Of a stretch of DNA of 64,000 bases, positions 37,938-49,042 are shown piece by piece. Where the stretch lies: NCBI GenBank assembly GCA_016234115.1, contig JACRHD010000021.1, positions 26,185-90,184 on the forward strand, written 5' to 3'. Both the position numbers and the translations under genes were made by a program. The first letter of the stretch is position 1; each line of letters begins with the position of its first letter. This DNA comes from Nitrospirota bacterium (lineage in GTDB: Bacteria > Nitrospirota > Thermodesulfovibrionia > UBA6902). Under the pieces are notes generated by a model, which saw nothing but the letters and a program-made list of their open reading frames with translations, ran no database searches and was not told the origin of the DNA.

Positions 37938-40796
37938 TTAGAACAGCGCCACTACAACGCCTGTGGTGGCCGCTATCTGGAATAATATCTGGCTTATGTC
38001 CTTTGTCTCCCTCATCCATGCGACACGCTCTAATTTTTCCGGCACGACAATAGTGTCTCCGGGCTCGATGTCCTTTATATCTTCACCAAAGCCGGACATT
38101 TCCCACCTCGACTTTGAAGAATTCCAGTTAAAGCGGCCCTTCGACAGCTTCCTGGCGCTGCCGTCGACTTTCAGGACATATACACTGCCCTCGTCCGCGT
38201 ATCTCGTATATCCGCCGGCCATTTCCACGTAATCGCCGAAATCGAGTCTCTCGGAGTAAATGTAGCTGCCCCTCGACATCACCGCGCCGGTCACATCGAC
38301 CACGCTGTTTTTCATCGGAATATAAAGATGGTCGCCCTGTTCGAGCTCGATGTCGTATTCACTGCCCTTCAACAGCCGCAGGTGGGCCATTCTTATCGCC
38401 ATCCTGCCCGACACCGGCACCTTCCTCAACGATTCAATGAACTTCTGTTTTTGCTCCAGCTCCGTCTTTTTGGCTTCAACCTCTTCCTTTGACAGCGAGA
38501 TGGCCACCTGCATGGAGCCCTCTGCAAGCAGCTCCCTCTCGAGCCTTGATATCATTTCGTTGAGACTCTTCTGCTGTAATTCCCTGACGCGCTCCCTTGT
38601 GAAGACGGCCCCGCGTAAATACGCCCCGTCGGAATAGCCGCCCGCTCTTTCAATAAGAGATGACAACTTCTCGCCTTTTTTAATTATGTATTTGCCCGGG
38701 AAACCGACTTCTCCCGCGACCGACGCAAACTGCTGCTCCTGCCATCCAGGCATGCGTTTGACAAGCAGTCTGTCGTACGGTTTTAAAATCAAATTATGCC
38801 CGGGGTCGTTTGCGAGGGCGGCCCGGAGGTTTATTTCCCTGTAATCCACGTTCACTTCTTTGCCTGCCTCTATAACGTAAGAAGATATCTCGGCGTTCTC
38901 CAGATAGGCGGACTCAAGCGTGTTTCCGGCGGAAAATACCAGATCGCTTACCCGCATGTCTTTTACGAGGGCATATTCGCCGGGCCTGTTTACGTCCCCG
39001 GCTATGGAAACCGTGTGCTTATACCGGCTTTCCCATATAGAGTGAATGACTATTTTATCCATGTCCCGAAGCAGGATGTTGTCTTCGGGACCATCAGCCA
39101 TCGCGCGCCCCACGTCAAAATATACCTGGGAAACCACGCCCGGTCCCTCCGTCCTGAATATCTCGCCCTTGTGAAGGACCGCGTCTTTTGTAAGCCCGCC
39201 GGCTTCGAGGATGGCGTCCTTTACCCTGTAGTTCTCAAGGAGATCGAACGTCCCTGTCTTTCTCGCCTCTCCCGCAACGGTTATCTTCGGCCTGTCTTTA
39301 AAAAACCATCCCGAAAATATATATATGTTGTCCAGGGGCTCAAGGGGAATATTGCCGGCTTCATCATTGCCGAACAAGAGCCTGCCGAGGTCAAAGGGTA
39401 TCAATTGCGGCTCCATCTTTTGGTCGCCGGCCCTCTTGATCAGGGCATATTCAAAGTGCGTCTCACTCAGCAGTTCCCCGGTATCTTTAATCAGGTCCCT
39501 GACCCTCATGCCGGGTTTATACTCGTACTTCCCCGGACGCTTCACGTTGCCGGCAAGAAACACCGCGTTCATATTTTTATCGACTATTGAAAACACCTTG
39601 ACCAGATCGCCGTCCTGCAGGATAAAGTTTTTCGATTTGGTGAGGTCCTTATCATTAATGTCCACCACTACGGTCCTCTCGTTTTTCTGGATCCTCTCCA
39701 CCTGTATATGCTGCGTATATGCGCTCGGTATGACGCCGCCTGCCATATCGAAGACGCTCAGGAGGTCGTTCTTGGCCTTCAGCTCATAAATCGCGGGGCG
39801 TTTGACATTGCCGGCTATTCCGACGAGGGGGCCGGTGGTCGGGACAAAGACCACGTCCCCCGACTGGAGCGCCCTGTCCTCGGATTTGTCTCCCTTCAGG
39901 AGGAAATCATAGAAATCCATCTCCGTAACGGGCCTGTTGTTCCGTTTCAACTGTATGTTGCGCAGCGAGCCTATCTCCGTAGGCCCCCCGGCTGAAAGCA
40001 GGGCGTTTGTTATTGTCGAAAAGGAATCCAGCGTGTAACTGCCCGGCCTCCTGACCTCGCCCAAAACAAAAACCTGGATGCTCTTGAGCGCCCCGGTGGT
40101 GACGTTGATGTTGGCGCCGATAATCTGCTGGGCCTGACCGGTAAGGAAATTTTTCATCTCGTTAAAGCGCATCCCCGCGACGTGCAGCGGTCCTATCTGC
40201 GGCACGGTTATATTGCCGTCCCTGTCGACGACAAGGCTGTACTGCGCGTTGACCCTCCCCCACAGGAGCATTTTTATTTCATCTCCCGGACCTATGGCGT
40301 ATTCCGGCGAAACCGGCATGTCCTTCCTCGGGGTCAGGGACCTTACGGCGACATTCGAGAAAAACTCATAACCGAAGGCCGTCAGTTCGGTGGATATCTC
40401 CTGATACGGTCCCACGACATGATACCTGTTGAACAGGGAATCCGGTTTTTGTCCGATCGGGGAGACGGGCTGGGCCGGCTCGACGGCCGCCGCTTGTTCT
40501 TCAGGCTGCTGTCCGGCGGCCTCTTTCTTCCCGATCATCTCCTTGCCCCTGGCAATGTCCTCGGGCGTAACGCCCTGAAATTCAGGACGCTCCTGGAGCG
40601 ATTTGATCGCCTCGGGCGACAGCACATTGCCCGACTTGCCCATCTCGGCCTCCACGACGCCGCGCTGTTCGGGAGACAATGACTGCAGGGCGTTCGCATC
40701 GACGACCACGCCGGTGTTCTGCGCGCAAACGCTCCCGCCGAGGACAAAAAATATTATAAGGGTCAAATAACGCATGCTGCGTAAGGTCTTGTTCAT
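37938..40796 (-). CDS. Polysaccharide export protein, Poly_export + multiple SLBB domains
   Basis: FGY.FF, Y.IGPGD, VDRDG.I..P.IG, repeated G.V.RPG.Y...AGG, PGD.I.VP. Confidence 0.9.
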   Translation of the reverse strand: MNKTLRSMRYLTLIIFFVLGGSVCAQNTGVVVDANALQSLSPEQRGVVEAEMGKSGNVLSPEAIKSLQERPEFQGVTPEDIARGKEMIGKKEAAGQQPEEQAAAVEPAQPVSPIGQKPDSLFNRYHVVGPYQEISTELTAFGYEFFSNVAVRSLTPRKDMPVSPEYAIGPGDEIKMLLWGRVNAQYSLVVDRDGNITVPQIGPLHVAGMRFNEMKNFLTGQAQQIIGANINVTTGALKSIQVFVLGEVRRPGSYTLDSFSTITNALLSAGGPTEIGSLRNIQLKRNNRPVTEMDFYDFLLKGDKSEDRALQSGDVVFVPTTGPLVGIAGNVKRPAIYELKAKNDLLSVFDMAGGVIPSAYTQHIQVERIQKNERTVVVDINDKDLTKSKNFILQDGDLVKVFSIVDKNMNAVFLAGNVKRPGKYEYKPGMRVRDLIKDTGELLSETHFEYALIKRAGDQKMEPQLIPFDLGRLLFGNDEAGNIPLEPLDNIYIFSGWFFKDRPKITVAGEARKTGTFDLLENYRVKDAILEAGGLTKDAVLHKGEIFRTEGPGVVSQVYFDVGRAMADGPEDNILLRDMDKIVIHSIWESRYKHTVSIAGDVNRPGEYALVKDMRVSDLVFSAGNTLESAYLENAEISSYVIEAGKEVNVDYREINLRAALANDPGHNLILKPYDRLLVKRMPGWQEQQFASVAGEVGFPGKYIIKKGEKLSSLIERAGGYSDGAYLRGAVFTRERVRELQQKSLNEMISRLERELLAEGSMQVAISLSKEEVEAKKTELEQKQKFIESLRKVPVSGRMAIRMAHLRLLKGSEYDIELEQGDHLYIPMKNSVVDVTGAVMSRGSYIYSERLDFGDYVEMAGGYTRYADEGSVYVLKVDGSARKLSKGRFNWNSSKSRWEMSGFGEDIKDIEPGDTIVVPEKLERVAWMRETKDISQILFQIAATTGVVVALF

Positions 40797-41644
40797 TCAT
40801 TCTCTCCTTTAGCGGTCCTCTTACTCTTTTTTGCATTTTCCGAATATTCCCTGGCGAAGGCGAAAAATACCCCTGCGAACACTGAAACGACGAAGGCAAT
40901 GAGGACATTTTTCTTTCTCGTCGGCCTTATCCTGTCCGGCGAGGCCCTCGGCGGATCGAGTATCTTGAAAGCGAAATTCTCTTTGACCTCCGCCATCATT
41001 GCGGTCTCTATCTGCAGGGCGATCAGCGAATAGATTTTCTGTCTTATCAGGGGATCGGCGTTCCTGTCGATCAATGATTCAAGATATTTCCTGTTTGTCT
41101 CCGCGACCCTTCTGGCCTCGCTGCTCATATAATCAGTAAGCTCTATCAACATGTAGTTGAGCAAATCGGTCGCAATGGCCGGGTCCCTGAACTCCGCGGA
41201 AAGCTCGATAATGCCCTCTTTTTGATTGTGTTTGACCTTGAAAAGCTCCTTCAGACTCTTGATGACCAGCCACGTCTTTCCGGAAGCGGTCAGCTTTTCA
41301 GAACCCTTCGAGGAAAATACGGGCACGAGATCATATTTATTAATGACCCTTTCAATTAAAATATTGCTCTTGAGGAGGGCCAGCATCTCGGAGACATTCG
41401 ACGTTCCCGCCGTGGATATGCCGAATGTGCTTGCAATCGCGCTCATGCCGCCCTGTTCCCTTTGAGGAGAAGCCGGCATTATCAGCGCCTTTGATTCGAA
41501 CACGGGCGGCGTCATGAACGAGACGATGCCCGTTGCAGCTACGGAGACGGTAATGATAAGAAGTATGGATACCATGCGCTTTCTGAGCACATGTATATAA
41601 TCGGACAGCTTTATCTCGTCGTCATCCATTACTGTCTCTTTCAT
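40793..41644 (-). CDS. wzz: Wzz-type chain-length regulator (no kinase domain)
   Basis: DDEI.L..Y, two terminal TM helices, F.ILDPP....P.RP. Confidence 0.8.
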   Translation of the reverse strand: MKETVMDDDEIKLSDYIHVLRKRMVSILLIITVSVAATGIVSFMTPPVFESKALIMPASPQREQGGMSAIASTFGISTAGTSNVSEMLALLKSNILIERVINKYDLVPVFSSKGSEKLTASGKTWLVIKSLKELFKVKHNQKEGIIELSAEFRDPAIATDLLNYMLIELTDYMSSEARRVAETNRKYLESLIDRNADPLIRQKIYSLIALQIETAMMAEVKENFAFKILDPPRASPDRIRPTRKKNVLIAFVVSVFAGVFFAFAREYSENAKKSKRTAKGENE

Positions 41645-43695
41645 ATCTTCTCCCGGTTAAATAATTTCCCCAGGGACGGGTCGCTCTGTTTAAAAATGTT
41701 CATTGCCATGCCTCCGCCTGTTGCCCCTCCGGCCGCCGGAATGCCGGAAAATAACGGTATCTCTTCCCTGAACTTCCCATCCGTCTTTCTCTCCGTCCAC
41801 TGAGGATATTGCCACTCCGGCGACGTGTCGTCTTCCTGCAGGGAGGGATTATATGAAGGCACATAATTCATCAGCAGATTTCTTATCCAGGCCCATTGCC
41901 TGTTTTTTATGACCTCTTCGAACAACGGGATACTGTCGAGTATGTATCCGTTGCCCCCGTTTAAATCTTTTGCGACAAAGATCTTCGGGTGCCCCGTTGA
42001 TTCCATTCCTTCCGTATCCAGCATTAGCTCTTCATAGAGTTTCTCTCCCGGCCGGATGCCTGTAAAGACAATCGGAATCTCTATCTCCGGCTCAAGGCCG
42101 TTGAGCCGAATCAGCTCTCTGGCGATATCTACTATCTTTATCTGTTCACCCATATCGAGAAGGAACACCTCCCCCCCCTGGCCCATGGCGGCGGACTGCA
42201 GGATAAGGATGCAGGCCTCGGGTATGCTCATGAAATACCGCTTCATGTCCTTGTGAGTGATCGTGACGGGCCCGCCCCTCCTGATCTGGTCCTCGAAAAT
42301 AGGGACCACGCTGCCGCGACTGCCTATCACATTGCCGAACCGCACTGAAATGAATTTCGTCTTCCCTGAATAATTAAGCTCCTTCACGATCTTTTCAGCT
42401 ACGCGCTTGGTGGCCCCCATGACGTTCTTCGGCCTTACCGCCTTGTCGGTGGAGACGAGCACAAACTTTTCCACCCCGAATTCGACGGCGGTCTCCGCAA
42501 CGAGCTTTGTCCCGAGGATATTGACCCTTACGGCCTCCTCGGGGTATCTCTCCATCATGGGGACATGTTTATACGCGGCCGCGTGGAAAACAACGTCAGG
42601 CCTGTACTGGTCGAAAACGGTCTCTATTTTATGCTTGTCGCAGACGTCGGCAACGACCGGCACTATGTCTATCTGCCCGTTGCGGTTGCTCTCTAATTCA
42701 ACATTGTGCACCTCTGTCTCGTCTATATCGAGCACTATGACCCTTTTAGGTTTAAAGGCCGTTACCTGCCTGACCAGCTCCGACCCGATGGAGCCTCCCG
42801 CCCCCGTGATCAACAAGGTCTTCCCCTCTAAAAACCCGGACACCACCTTCTCGTCTATCGGCACCTGCTCCCTCCCTATTATCTCCTCGATCCTTACCTC
42901 CTTCACATCGGACAGAGATACGGGTCCTGTTACGAGTTCATTGAGTCCCGGCAATGTCTTTACCTCATTGGCCCCGGCCTTTCGCACGTGTGAAAGGATG
43001 TCCCATATATCGCGCGTCGGCGCCGAGGGCATGGCAAGGAGCACCAGTTCTACTCTTAATTTCTCCATAATGCCGGAGATCATCGCCCTGCCGCCGTGGA
43101 CCTTGACCCCCTGGATATAAACGCCGTGCTTCATCGGATCATCATCAATAAAACCTACGGGCAGGTAGGGGCTGTGTATCTGCCTTCTCATGTCCCTTAC
43201 TATCTGCTCCCCGGCGTCTCCGGCGCCGATTATGAGCGTGCGTTTAATATCTTTCGTCCGCCTGCTGCTCCAGGTCTGGCGGTAAAATCTCTTCGACGTC
43301 CTGAAAAAGACTATGCACAGCAGAGAAATGACGAAGTCCATGACCACAATGGAACGAGGGAACCCGGCAAAGACGCCGTCCTGATTGAAGGCGGACACCC
43401 CGAAGAGAAGGACAAGGGCCGTAACGTTCGCCATCAGTATATTAAGCATCTCATAAAAGCCTACATAGGACCAACTGACATTGTATAACCGGAAGAGGAT
43501 AAAGATCAGATACTTCAGTGAAAGGAACACCGTCAGATATCCCCGGAACCCGTCCATGTAAAACGGAGGGACCATCCCCTCGTATTTCAGATAGAATGAG
43601 AAATACAGCGCGAAGGTCAGCAGCATGCCGTCGCCGGCCGCATAAAAGACTGTTCTCTTGAGCCTGGTAGTTTTGAGGATGTCGGTTTTACTCAT
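41641..43695 (-). CDS. Membrane nucleoside-diphosphate sugar 4,6-dehydratase (CapD/PglF/WbpM)
   Basis: GAG.AG, TGAGGSIGSEL, HAAAYKHVP, STDKAV, VRFGNV.GSRGSV, RPGEKLYEEL. Confidence 0.93.
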   Translation of the reverse strand: MSKTDILKTTRLKRTVFYAAGDGMLLTFALYFSFYLKYEGMVPPFYMDGFRGYLTVFLSLKYLIFILFRLYNVSWSYVGFYEMLNILMANVTALVLLFGVSAFNQDGVFAGFPRSIVVMDFVISLLCIVFFRTSKRFYRQTWSSRRTKDIKRTLIIGAGDAGEQIVRDMRRQIHSPYLPVGFIDDDPMKHGVYIQGVKVHGGRAMISGIMEKLRVELVLLAMPSAPTRDIWDILSHVRKAGANEVKTLPGLNELVTGPVSLSDVKEVRIEEIIGREQVPIDEKVVSGFLEGKTLLITGAGGSIGSELVRQVTAFKPKRVIVLDIDETEVHNVELESNRNGQIDIVPVVADVCDKHKIETVFDQYRPDVVFHAAAYKHVPMMERYPEEAVRVNILGTKLVAETAVEFGVEKFVLVSTDKAVRPKNVMGATKRVAEKIVKELNYSGKTKFISVRFGNVIGSRGSVVPIFEDQIRRGGPVTITHKDMKRYFMSIPEACILILQSAAMGQGGEVFLLDMGEQIKIVDIARELIRLNGLEPEIEIPIVFTGIRPGEKLYEELMLDTEGMESTGHPKIFVAKDLNGGNGYILDSIPLFEEVIKNRQWAWIRNLLMNYVPSYNPSLQEDDTSPEWQYPQWTERKTDGKFREEIPLFSGIPAAGGATGGGMAMNIFKQSDPSLGKLFNREKI

Positions 43696-43879
43696 GTGTT
43701 ACTCCTTACGTCCCTGCAGCACAATTTAATGCCGCAGTTCGTCACAGCGTGTCCTGCTTAAACGGCATAGCGCCGTTTTATTTGACCCGGATTATTCATA
43801 ACTTCCGGGAGGTATGATTCAAAAACATATTGCTGCAATCCCTTACTCAGTGTCCTGCCGGTCATGCCCGAAGTTGTCC

Positions 43880-44551
43880 CTACGCGTCGGTGCGGGAATG
43901 ACAAACCTTGCGACTCTCCCTGTGAACGCTTTTTGAATTCCCCGCGAGCCTCAGCAGGGTAAGCCATATCAGCCTCAGGTCATTGCCGGGGCCGATGTCC
44001 CTGATATATTTTTTGTAAAGCCTGATTTTCTCGGGCAGGACGTCATTGAGATAGCCCTCTTCAGGACTTTCATACCTGCCGAGCGTCTCTTCCTCGTTCC
44101 TGAACTCGATCGCGGCATAGTCGGTTATTCCAGGTCTGATCTTTAAAATCTCCTCATAATCCTCTTTAAAGCTTTCAACGTATCCGGGCACTTCAGGCCT
44201 CGGTCCCACAATGCTCATCTCTCCCTTCAATACATTCCAGAGCTGCGGGAGCTCGTCCAGCTTTGTCTTTCTCAGTGCCCTTCCGACGGCCGTAATCCTC
44301 GGGTCGCCTCCTGCCGTAACAGAAATCCCCTTTTGGGGGGCGTCATTAATCATGGTCCTGAACTTCAACAGCATGAAGGGCTCAAAACCCTTCCCGACCC
44401 TCCTCTGCCTGAAAAAGACCGGCCCCCCGTCGCAGATTATGATCAGAAGCGGGATCATGAGAAACAGGGGGGCAAGAAGGATGACTCCGAGGAGGCCCGA
44501 TACGAAATCGAATGTCCGCTTGCCGTATCGCAGATAAAAGTTAGCCGGCAT
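43880..44551 (-). CDS. Initiating phosphoglycosyl transferase
   Basis: KR.FD, KFRTM, DPRIT, LDELPQL.NVL.GEMS.VGPRP. Confidence 0.92.
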   Translation of the reverse strand: MPANFYLRYGKRTFDFVSGLLGVILLAPLFLMIPLLIIICDGGPVFFRQRRVGKGFEPFMLLKFRTMINDAPQKGISVTAGGDPRITAVGRALRKTKLDELPQLWNVLKGEMSIVGPRPEVPGYVESFKEDYEEILKIRPGITDYAAIEFRNEEETLGRYESPEEGYLNDVLPEKIRLYKKYIRDIGPGNDLRLIWLTLLRLAGNSKSVHRESRKVCHSRTDA

Positions 44552-45761
44552 ATCTACGTACCCTCTCTGTAATATACTCCGCTTCGCCGGCGGTCAGGCC
44601 GGGGAATATCGGCAGCGAAAGCGATTGCCCGAATACCCTGTTAGCGACCGGGTAATCCGCGTCGTTGTAGCCGTAAGTTTCGCGATAGTAGGGGTGCTTA
44701 TGCACCGGGATGAAGTGTACGGACGCGCCGATGCCGTCCGCCCTGAGTTTTTCATAGAGCTCGTCCCTGTTGTCCGTTTTGATGACATACAGGTGCCAGC
44801 TGGTCTCCCTGTCATCCATCACCGTGGGGGGGATGATCCCGGTCCCTTCAAAGGCGCGCGTGTACAGTTCGGCGATCTCCCTTCTTCTGTCATTCATCCA
44901 GAGGACCTTCTGAAGCTGGGCCAGCCCGAGGGCGGAGTTGAGGTCGGTGGTATTGTATTTGTTTCCGTTATCGACGACCTCGTAGCGCCAGTCCCCCTCC
45001 AGTGTATACCTGTTCCAGACGTCCTTGCTGATGCCGTGAAGCCGGTTGGTCCTTATTTTTTTGGCGTACTCCTGATTTGTCGTGACCGCCATCCCCCCCT
45101 CGCCGGTGCAAAGGGTCTTGGTGGCATAAAAGCTGAAGCACGTGATATCACCGATAGTGCCGATCATCCTTCCCTTATATCTGCTCGGCAGGGCGTGGGC
45201 TGCGTCCTCTATCAAATGAATTTTCTGATCATGGGTCTGCATCCTCCGCCCGGCAATATCCAGTATCTCATCCATATCGCAAGGCTGCCCCCCGAAGTGC
45301 ACCGGGATGATCGCCCTGGTCCTTCCGGTAATCAGACCCTCTATTTTCGACACGTCCATATTGTGTGTAACTTCCTCGATATCGCACAGGACCGGGACCG
45401 CCCCGAAATAGGTCACCACCTCCGCAGTGGCGATAAAAGTATTGGTAGGCAGGATGACCTCGTCTCCCGCCTTCAGTCCTATGGCCTTGAGCGCGAGGTG
45501 AAGGGCGGCAGTGGCCGAATTCAGCGAGACTGAAAACCTCTTATCTTCGGAGACAGCGGAGTCCCTGAAGATAAAGTCGCTGAAACGCCGCTCGAATTCC
45601 ACTGTCTTGGGTCCCATCGTAAACCACCCGGACTTGATGGCGTCGATGACCTCCGCCACCTCATCGACGGTTATGTATGCCTTATGAAAAGGGATGTCCA
45701 TGGATTTCGCGACTTCCGGAAATGCCGTGGGTACTACGCTTCCTGCCGGACCTGTGCTCAT
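44541..45761 (-). CDS. DegT/DnrJ sugar aminotransferase
   Basis: NSATAALHL, EDAAH, SFYATK...GEGG. Confidence 0.93.
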   Translation of the reverse strand: MSTGPAGSVVPTAFPEVAKSMDIPFHKAYITVDEVAEVIDAIKSGWFTMGPKTVEFERRFSDFIFRDSAVSEDKRFSVSLNSATAALHLALKAIGLKAGDEVILPTNTFIATAEVVTYFGAVPVLCDIEEVTHNMDVSKIEGLITGRTRAIIPVHFGGQPCDMDEILDIAGRRMQTHDQKIHLIEDAAHALPSRYKGRMIGTIGDITCFSFYATKTLCTGEGGMAVTTNQEYAKKIRTNRLHGISKDVWNRYTLEGDWRYEVVDNGNKYNTTDLNSALGLAQLQKVLWMNDRRREIAELYTRAFEGTGIIPPTVMDDRETSWHLYVIKTDNRDELYEKLRADGIGASVHFIPVHKHPYYRETYGYNDADYPVANRVFGQSLSLPIFPGLTAGEAEYITERVRRYAG

Positions 45762-45783
45762 TATGCCTTACCTCCTGAAATGC

Positions 45784-46830
45784 CTATCGTGTCAGGGGAA
45801 CGTCCGCCAGAATTTTCCTCTTATGCCTGTTCATGACAATGAAGTCCCATATCCCTTTTAAATATCCGGCCCCGTAGCTGAAATGGAGCGTGGCAAATAC
45901 CACCGGCAATGTCACGATATGTTTCATGCCCCGTCTGAAGGCGACCGGGAGAGAAAAGCCGATGACGGCCATTAAATAACTCGACAGGATCAGCAGGAAC
46001 AACCACTTCAGCGGCGTGAATACAAGAGAGAGCGCCCCGGCGGCGATCAGGCTGCCGACAAAAAGGGCCGGGACCACCTGACGCAGTGTAAGGACGCCTC
46101 CCACCTTCATGGCCACGAGCGGTTTGAAGTGACCGTACTGAAAATACATCCTGAAGAGCCTGGAGAGGGAGTCCCTGGCATGGTAATAAGAAATTATCTC
46201 AGGGACGAGAAGCACCTTCCCCTTGTTTTTTATCAGCCGCATATTGAATTCATCGTCCTGGTTTCTGGCGAGGTCTTCATCAAAAAGGCCTATCTTCTGA
46301 AAGGTCTCTTTCCTGTAGCATCCGAAAGGGACCGTGTCCACATATCTGGGTTCTCTGGAGCCGGTACGGAAATAGGCGTTTCCGATGCCGAAGGGATGAG
46401 AGACGGCCAGGGAAATCGTCTCCGCAAGAAGGGTATCGTCGCCCGGCAGGGTAATCAGTATCCCGCCGACGCAATCGGCGATATTCCGGTTAAGGCTTTC
46501 TATGTTCTTCCTGATGAAATCGGGGGCGGTCCTGGAGTGGCTGCCGAGGATCATGACGCAGTCCCCGGTCGATGACCTGACGCCCGTGTTCAATGCGAAA
46601 GGGGTCATCATCTTCGGGTTGTCCAGGAGTTTGATAAATGAAAAGTCCGAGGCGTACTTCCCGACTATTTCCCTGGTCCCGTCGGAGCTCCTTCCGTCAA
46701 CGACCAGGACCTCCATCTTCTCCTTCGGATAATCCTGCGCCACCAGCGACTCGAGGCACGCCCCTATGAACTTTTCCTCATTCCGGCACGGAATGACTAC
46801 TGAAACAGAGCTGTGGTTATGTCCCTGCAT
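45784..46830 (-). CDS. GT2 glycosyltransferase (ExoA-like)
   Basis: VIPCRNEE, VDG.S.D, FDE.L.RNQD.E.N.R, C-terminal TMs. Confidence 0.88.
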   Translation of the reverse strand: MQGHNHSSVSVVIPCRNEEKFIGACLESLVAQDYPKEKMEVLVVDGRSSDGTREIVGKYASDFSFIKLLDNPKMMTPFALNTGVRSSTGDCVMILGSHSRTAPDFIRKNIESLNRNIADCVGGILITLPGDDTLLAETISLAVSHPFGIGNAYFRTGSREPRYVDTVPFGCYRKETFQKIGLFDEDLARNQDDEFNMRLIKNKGKVLLVPEIISYYHARDSLSRLFRMYFQYGHFKPLVAMKVGGVLTLRQVVPALFVGSLIAAGALSLVFTPLKWLFLLILSSYLMAVIGFSLPVAFRRGMKHIVTLPVVFATLHFSYGAGYLKGIWDFIVMNRHKRKILADVPLTR

Positions 46831-46915
46831 ATAGGTCCTCCGCCTTTCTGCTTATTCTTACCATCCGGTAACTCCTTAAAAAGGGTATCCGCTCCTGCCC
46901 CGTCCGGCGCTCAAC

Positions 46916-48457
46916 TTAAAATCTCCCCGACGGGTCCGCCCCGATTTTTCCGGAGACAGGAGAAGGTCCTCCCTTTGACAAAGGGAGGTCGGAGAGAATT
47001 TTAGAATTAATGTCTTCAGCATTATGAGACCGACGGCAATTATCTCTCCTCAGCAGCTTCTGCATCATACCGTACCAGCCGCTGCTGACCCATTTGGAAT
47101 AACAGTGCACGAGAAAGCCGCGCAATTTGTAGTGGTACTTTGTCTTCACGTACAGATAACGGATTATCCTGCCGGTCAGTTTTCCGCCGAAGCGGTCGCC
47201 CATGATCTCGGACGCGGCCATCTTGAGCCTCTCATAATCCTTGCCCCTGATCTTCGGGACTTCAGGCGAAAATTCCACCCACATCTCGGGGTCGTCATTC
47301 AGGATAAGGTCGTTGTCCTTGCTGTACTGATAAAGGTCGTTGCCCGGTATGGGGGTAAAGAAGGCGACCGAGCAGAAATGCGGCCTCATCTCTTTAGCGA
47401 GACTCACGGTGGCCTTCACGTCCTCTTCTTCCTCCCCTGGAATGCCTAACATAAATGAGGCGGAAAGAAGTATATCGTTTGATTTAATGATCTGCGCCGC
47501 CCTGAGGTTTATGTCCCTTGTCGAACCCTTGCGTAAAAATTTGAGGGTCTTGTCGGAGCCTGATTCAAACCCGACGCCGATCAGTTTCAGCCCTACCTTT
47601 TTGAGCTTCTTTATCAGGGCAGGCTGCTTGCAGATGAGGTCGGCCCTGCTCTGTATCCAGAAGGGCTTGCCGATAGGGGCATACATGTCGCAGAATTCAT
47701 CGACCCACTCGGGGTACTGGCTGAAGGTGTAATCATAGAACTTTACGGAATTGAATTTGTACCGGTCATTGAGCATCCTGAGCTCTTCAATCACATTCTT
47801 CACGGACCTCAGTCGTACGCCCTTTCCGAAATGGCTTCTTGAATGGGGAGCGCAGAAGGAGCAGTTGTACATGCACCCCCGCGAGCAAAGCATCGTTACC
47901 ATGGGAGGATGAAAGACGCCCTCGTAGTTGGGCAGATTTATTGCGGTATCATACGGATAAAATTCCCTTTCGATAAACGGCACGCTGTCAAGTTCGGGAC
48001 GCTCTCCCCAGCAGAAGCGGGGGAATTCTTCGCCTTTTTCAAGCGCCTGAACGAGCTTTACAATGGATATCTCTCCTTCTCCGGCGATTATGTAATCATA
48101 GGCCTCCACCTTCTGCACGGCTTCAGGATCGATGGAAACATGGACCCCGCCGACCGCGATTTTGACCCCCGGGTTTATCCTCTTGAATCTCTCCGCTATC
48201 TCGCGCACCATGTTGATATCGCATGAACGCATGCTTATGCCGACAAGGTCGGGCTTCAAGTCCGCGAACCTGCGCTCCAGTTCGTTCCAGTCCTTCATTG
48301 TCCTGACGTCAAGGAGATGAATATCTTTATATCCGGCCTCTTTCAGGCAGGCCGTCAAGCCGCACAACCCCTGATGGATGATGCTGCTCCAGTGGGACTG
48401 TCCGAAGGTGTTCCAGCTCCTCTTGCCGAAGCCGGGGTCAACAAATGCTATTTTCAT
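46916..48457 (-). CDS. Cobalamin-dependent radical SAM protein
   Basis: B12 domain (VGGVH, GEGE) plus SRGCMYNCSFC and G.ESGS. Confidence 0.9.
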   Translation of the reverse strand: MKIAFVDPGFGKRSWNTFGQSHWSSIIHQGLCGLTACLKEAGYKDIHLLDVRTMKDWNELERRFADLKPDLVGISMRSCDINMVREIAERFKRINPGVKIAVGGVHVSIDPEAVQKVEAYDYIIAGEGEISIVKLVQALEKGEEFPRFCWGERPELDSVPFIEREFYPYDTAINLPNYEGVFHPPMVTMLCSRGCMYNCSFCAPHSRSHFGKGVRLRSVKNVIEELRMLNDRYKFNSVKFYDYTFSQYPEWVDEFCDMYAPIGKPFWIQSRADLICKQPALIKKLKKVGLKLIGVGFESGSDKTLKFLRKGSTRDINLRAAQIIKSNDILLSASFMLGIPGEEEEDVKATVSLAKEMRPHFCSVAFFTPIPGNDLYQYSKDNDLILNDDPEMWVEFSPEVPKIRGKDYERLKMAASEIMGDRFGGKLTGRIIRYLYVKTKYHYKLRGFLVHCYSKWVSSGWYGMMQKLLRRDNCRRSHNAEDINSKILSDLPLSKGGPSPVSGKIGADPSGRF

Positions 48458-48880
48458 ATAACCGTCCTTTCCCGTTCACAGGGAGTTTCATTCCACTGGC
48501 CCATTATTTCTTACATGTCCCGCCGGTTGTTCCCGGGACCCGGATGCGGGGGCTGAAGCCCGGCCCTGCACACACTACTCCGTCCTCTCAGTTACACGCA
48601 TCAAAATGCACGGCAGTGCAACTTCCGGTTTTATCGCAATATAAACACAGCGCTTCAATCGCTCTGCCGGTTATGCCGCGATAATGTAAAAAATCCGTAA
48701 CCGACCGTTTAGAGCAGTGTCCTCTCTTACACTTAACGCTTCTCTAATTCAAGAATCATACCCGCTATAACACGTTGATAAATAATGATTGGCGACGAGG
48801 TTTACTGACAAGATAATGACTGTAACGTCAAATTATCGGCTTGTTTCGGTGTGGGAATTTTTAGAAACTTCGGAAACGGT

Positions 48881-48911
48881 CGTAGGGGCGGGTTTGAAAC
48901 CCGCCCCTACT
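48881..48911. repeat. GTAG-type REP palindrome
   Basis: gtaggggcgggtttgaaacccgcccctac; relatives at 10587-10612 and 30627-30659. Confidence 0.8.
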
Positions 48912-49042
48912 GCTTTGTCTGCAAATCTTATCGAATGAGGATCGCAAGCACAATTAAAGAGCGGCTGTGTTTCTTTAATAATACCAAATATTACTTCTGC
49001 TATTGAAGCGTAATTAAAGTCAAAATCTCACCCTTTTGTCCC

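Noticed and set aside
44625-45533. 302-aa plus-strand ORF and similar ones at 16340 and 38796
   Set aside because: Antisense to well-supported genes.
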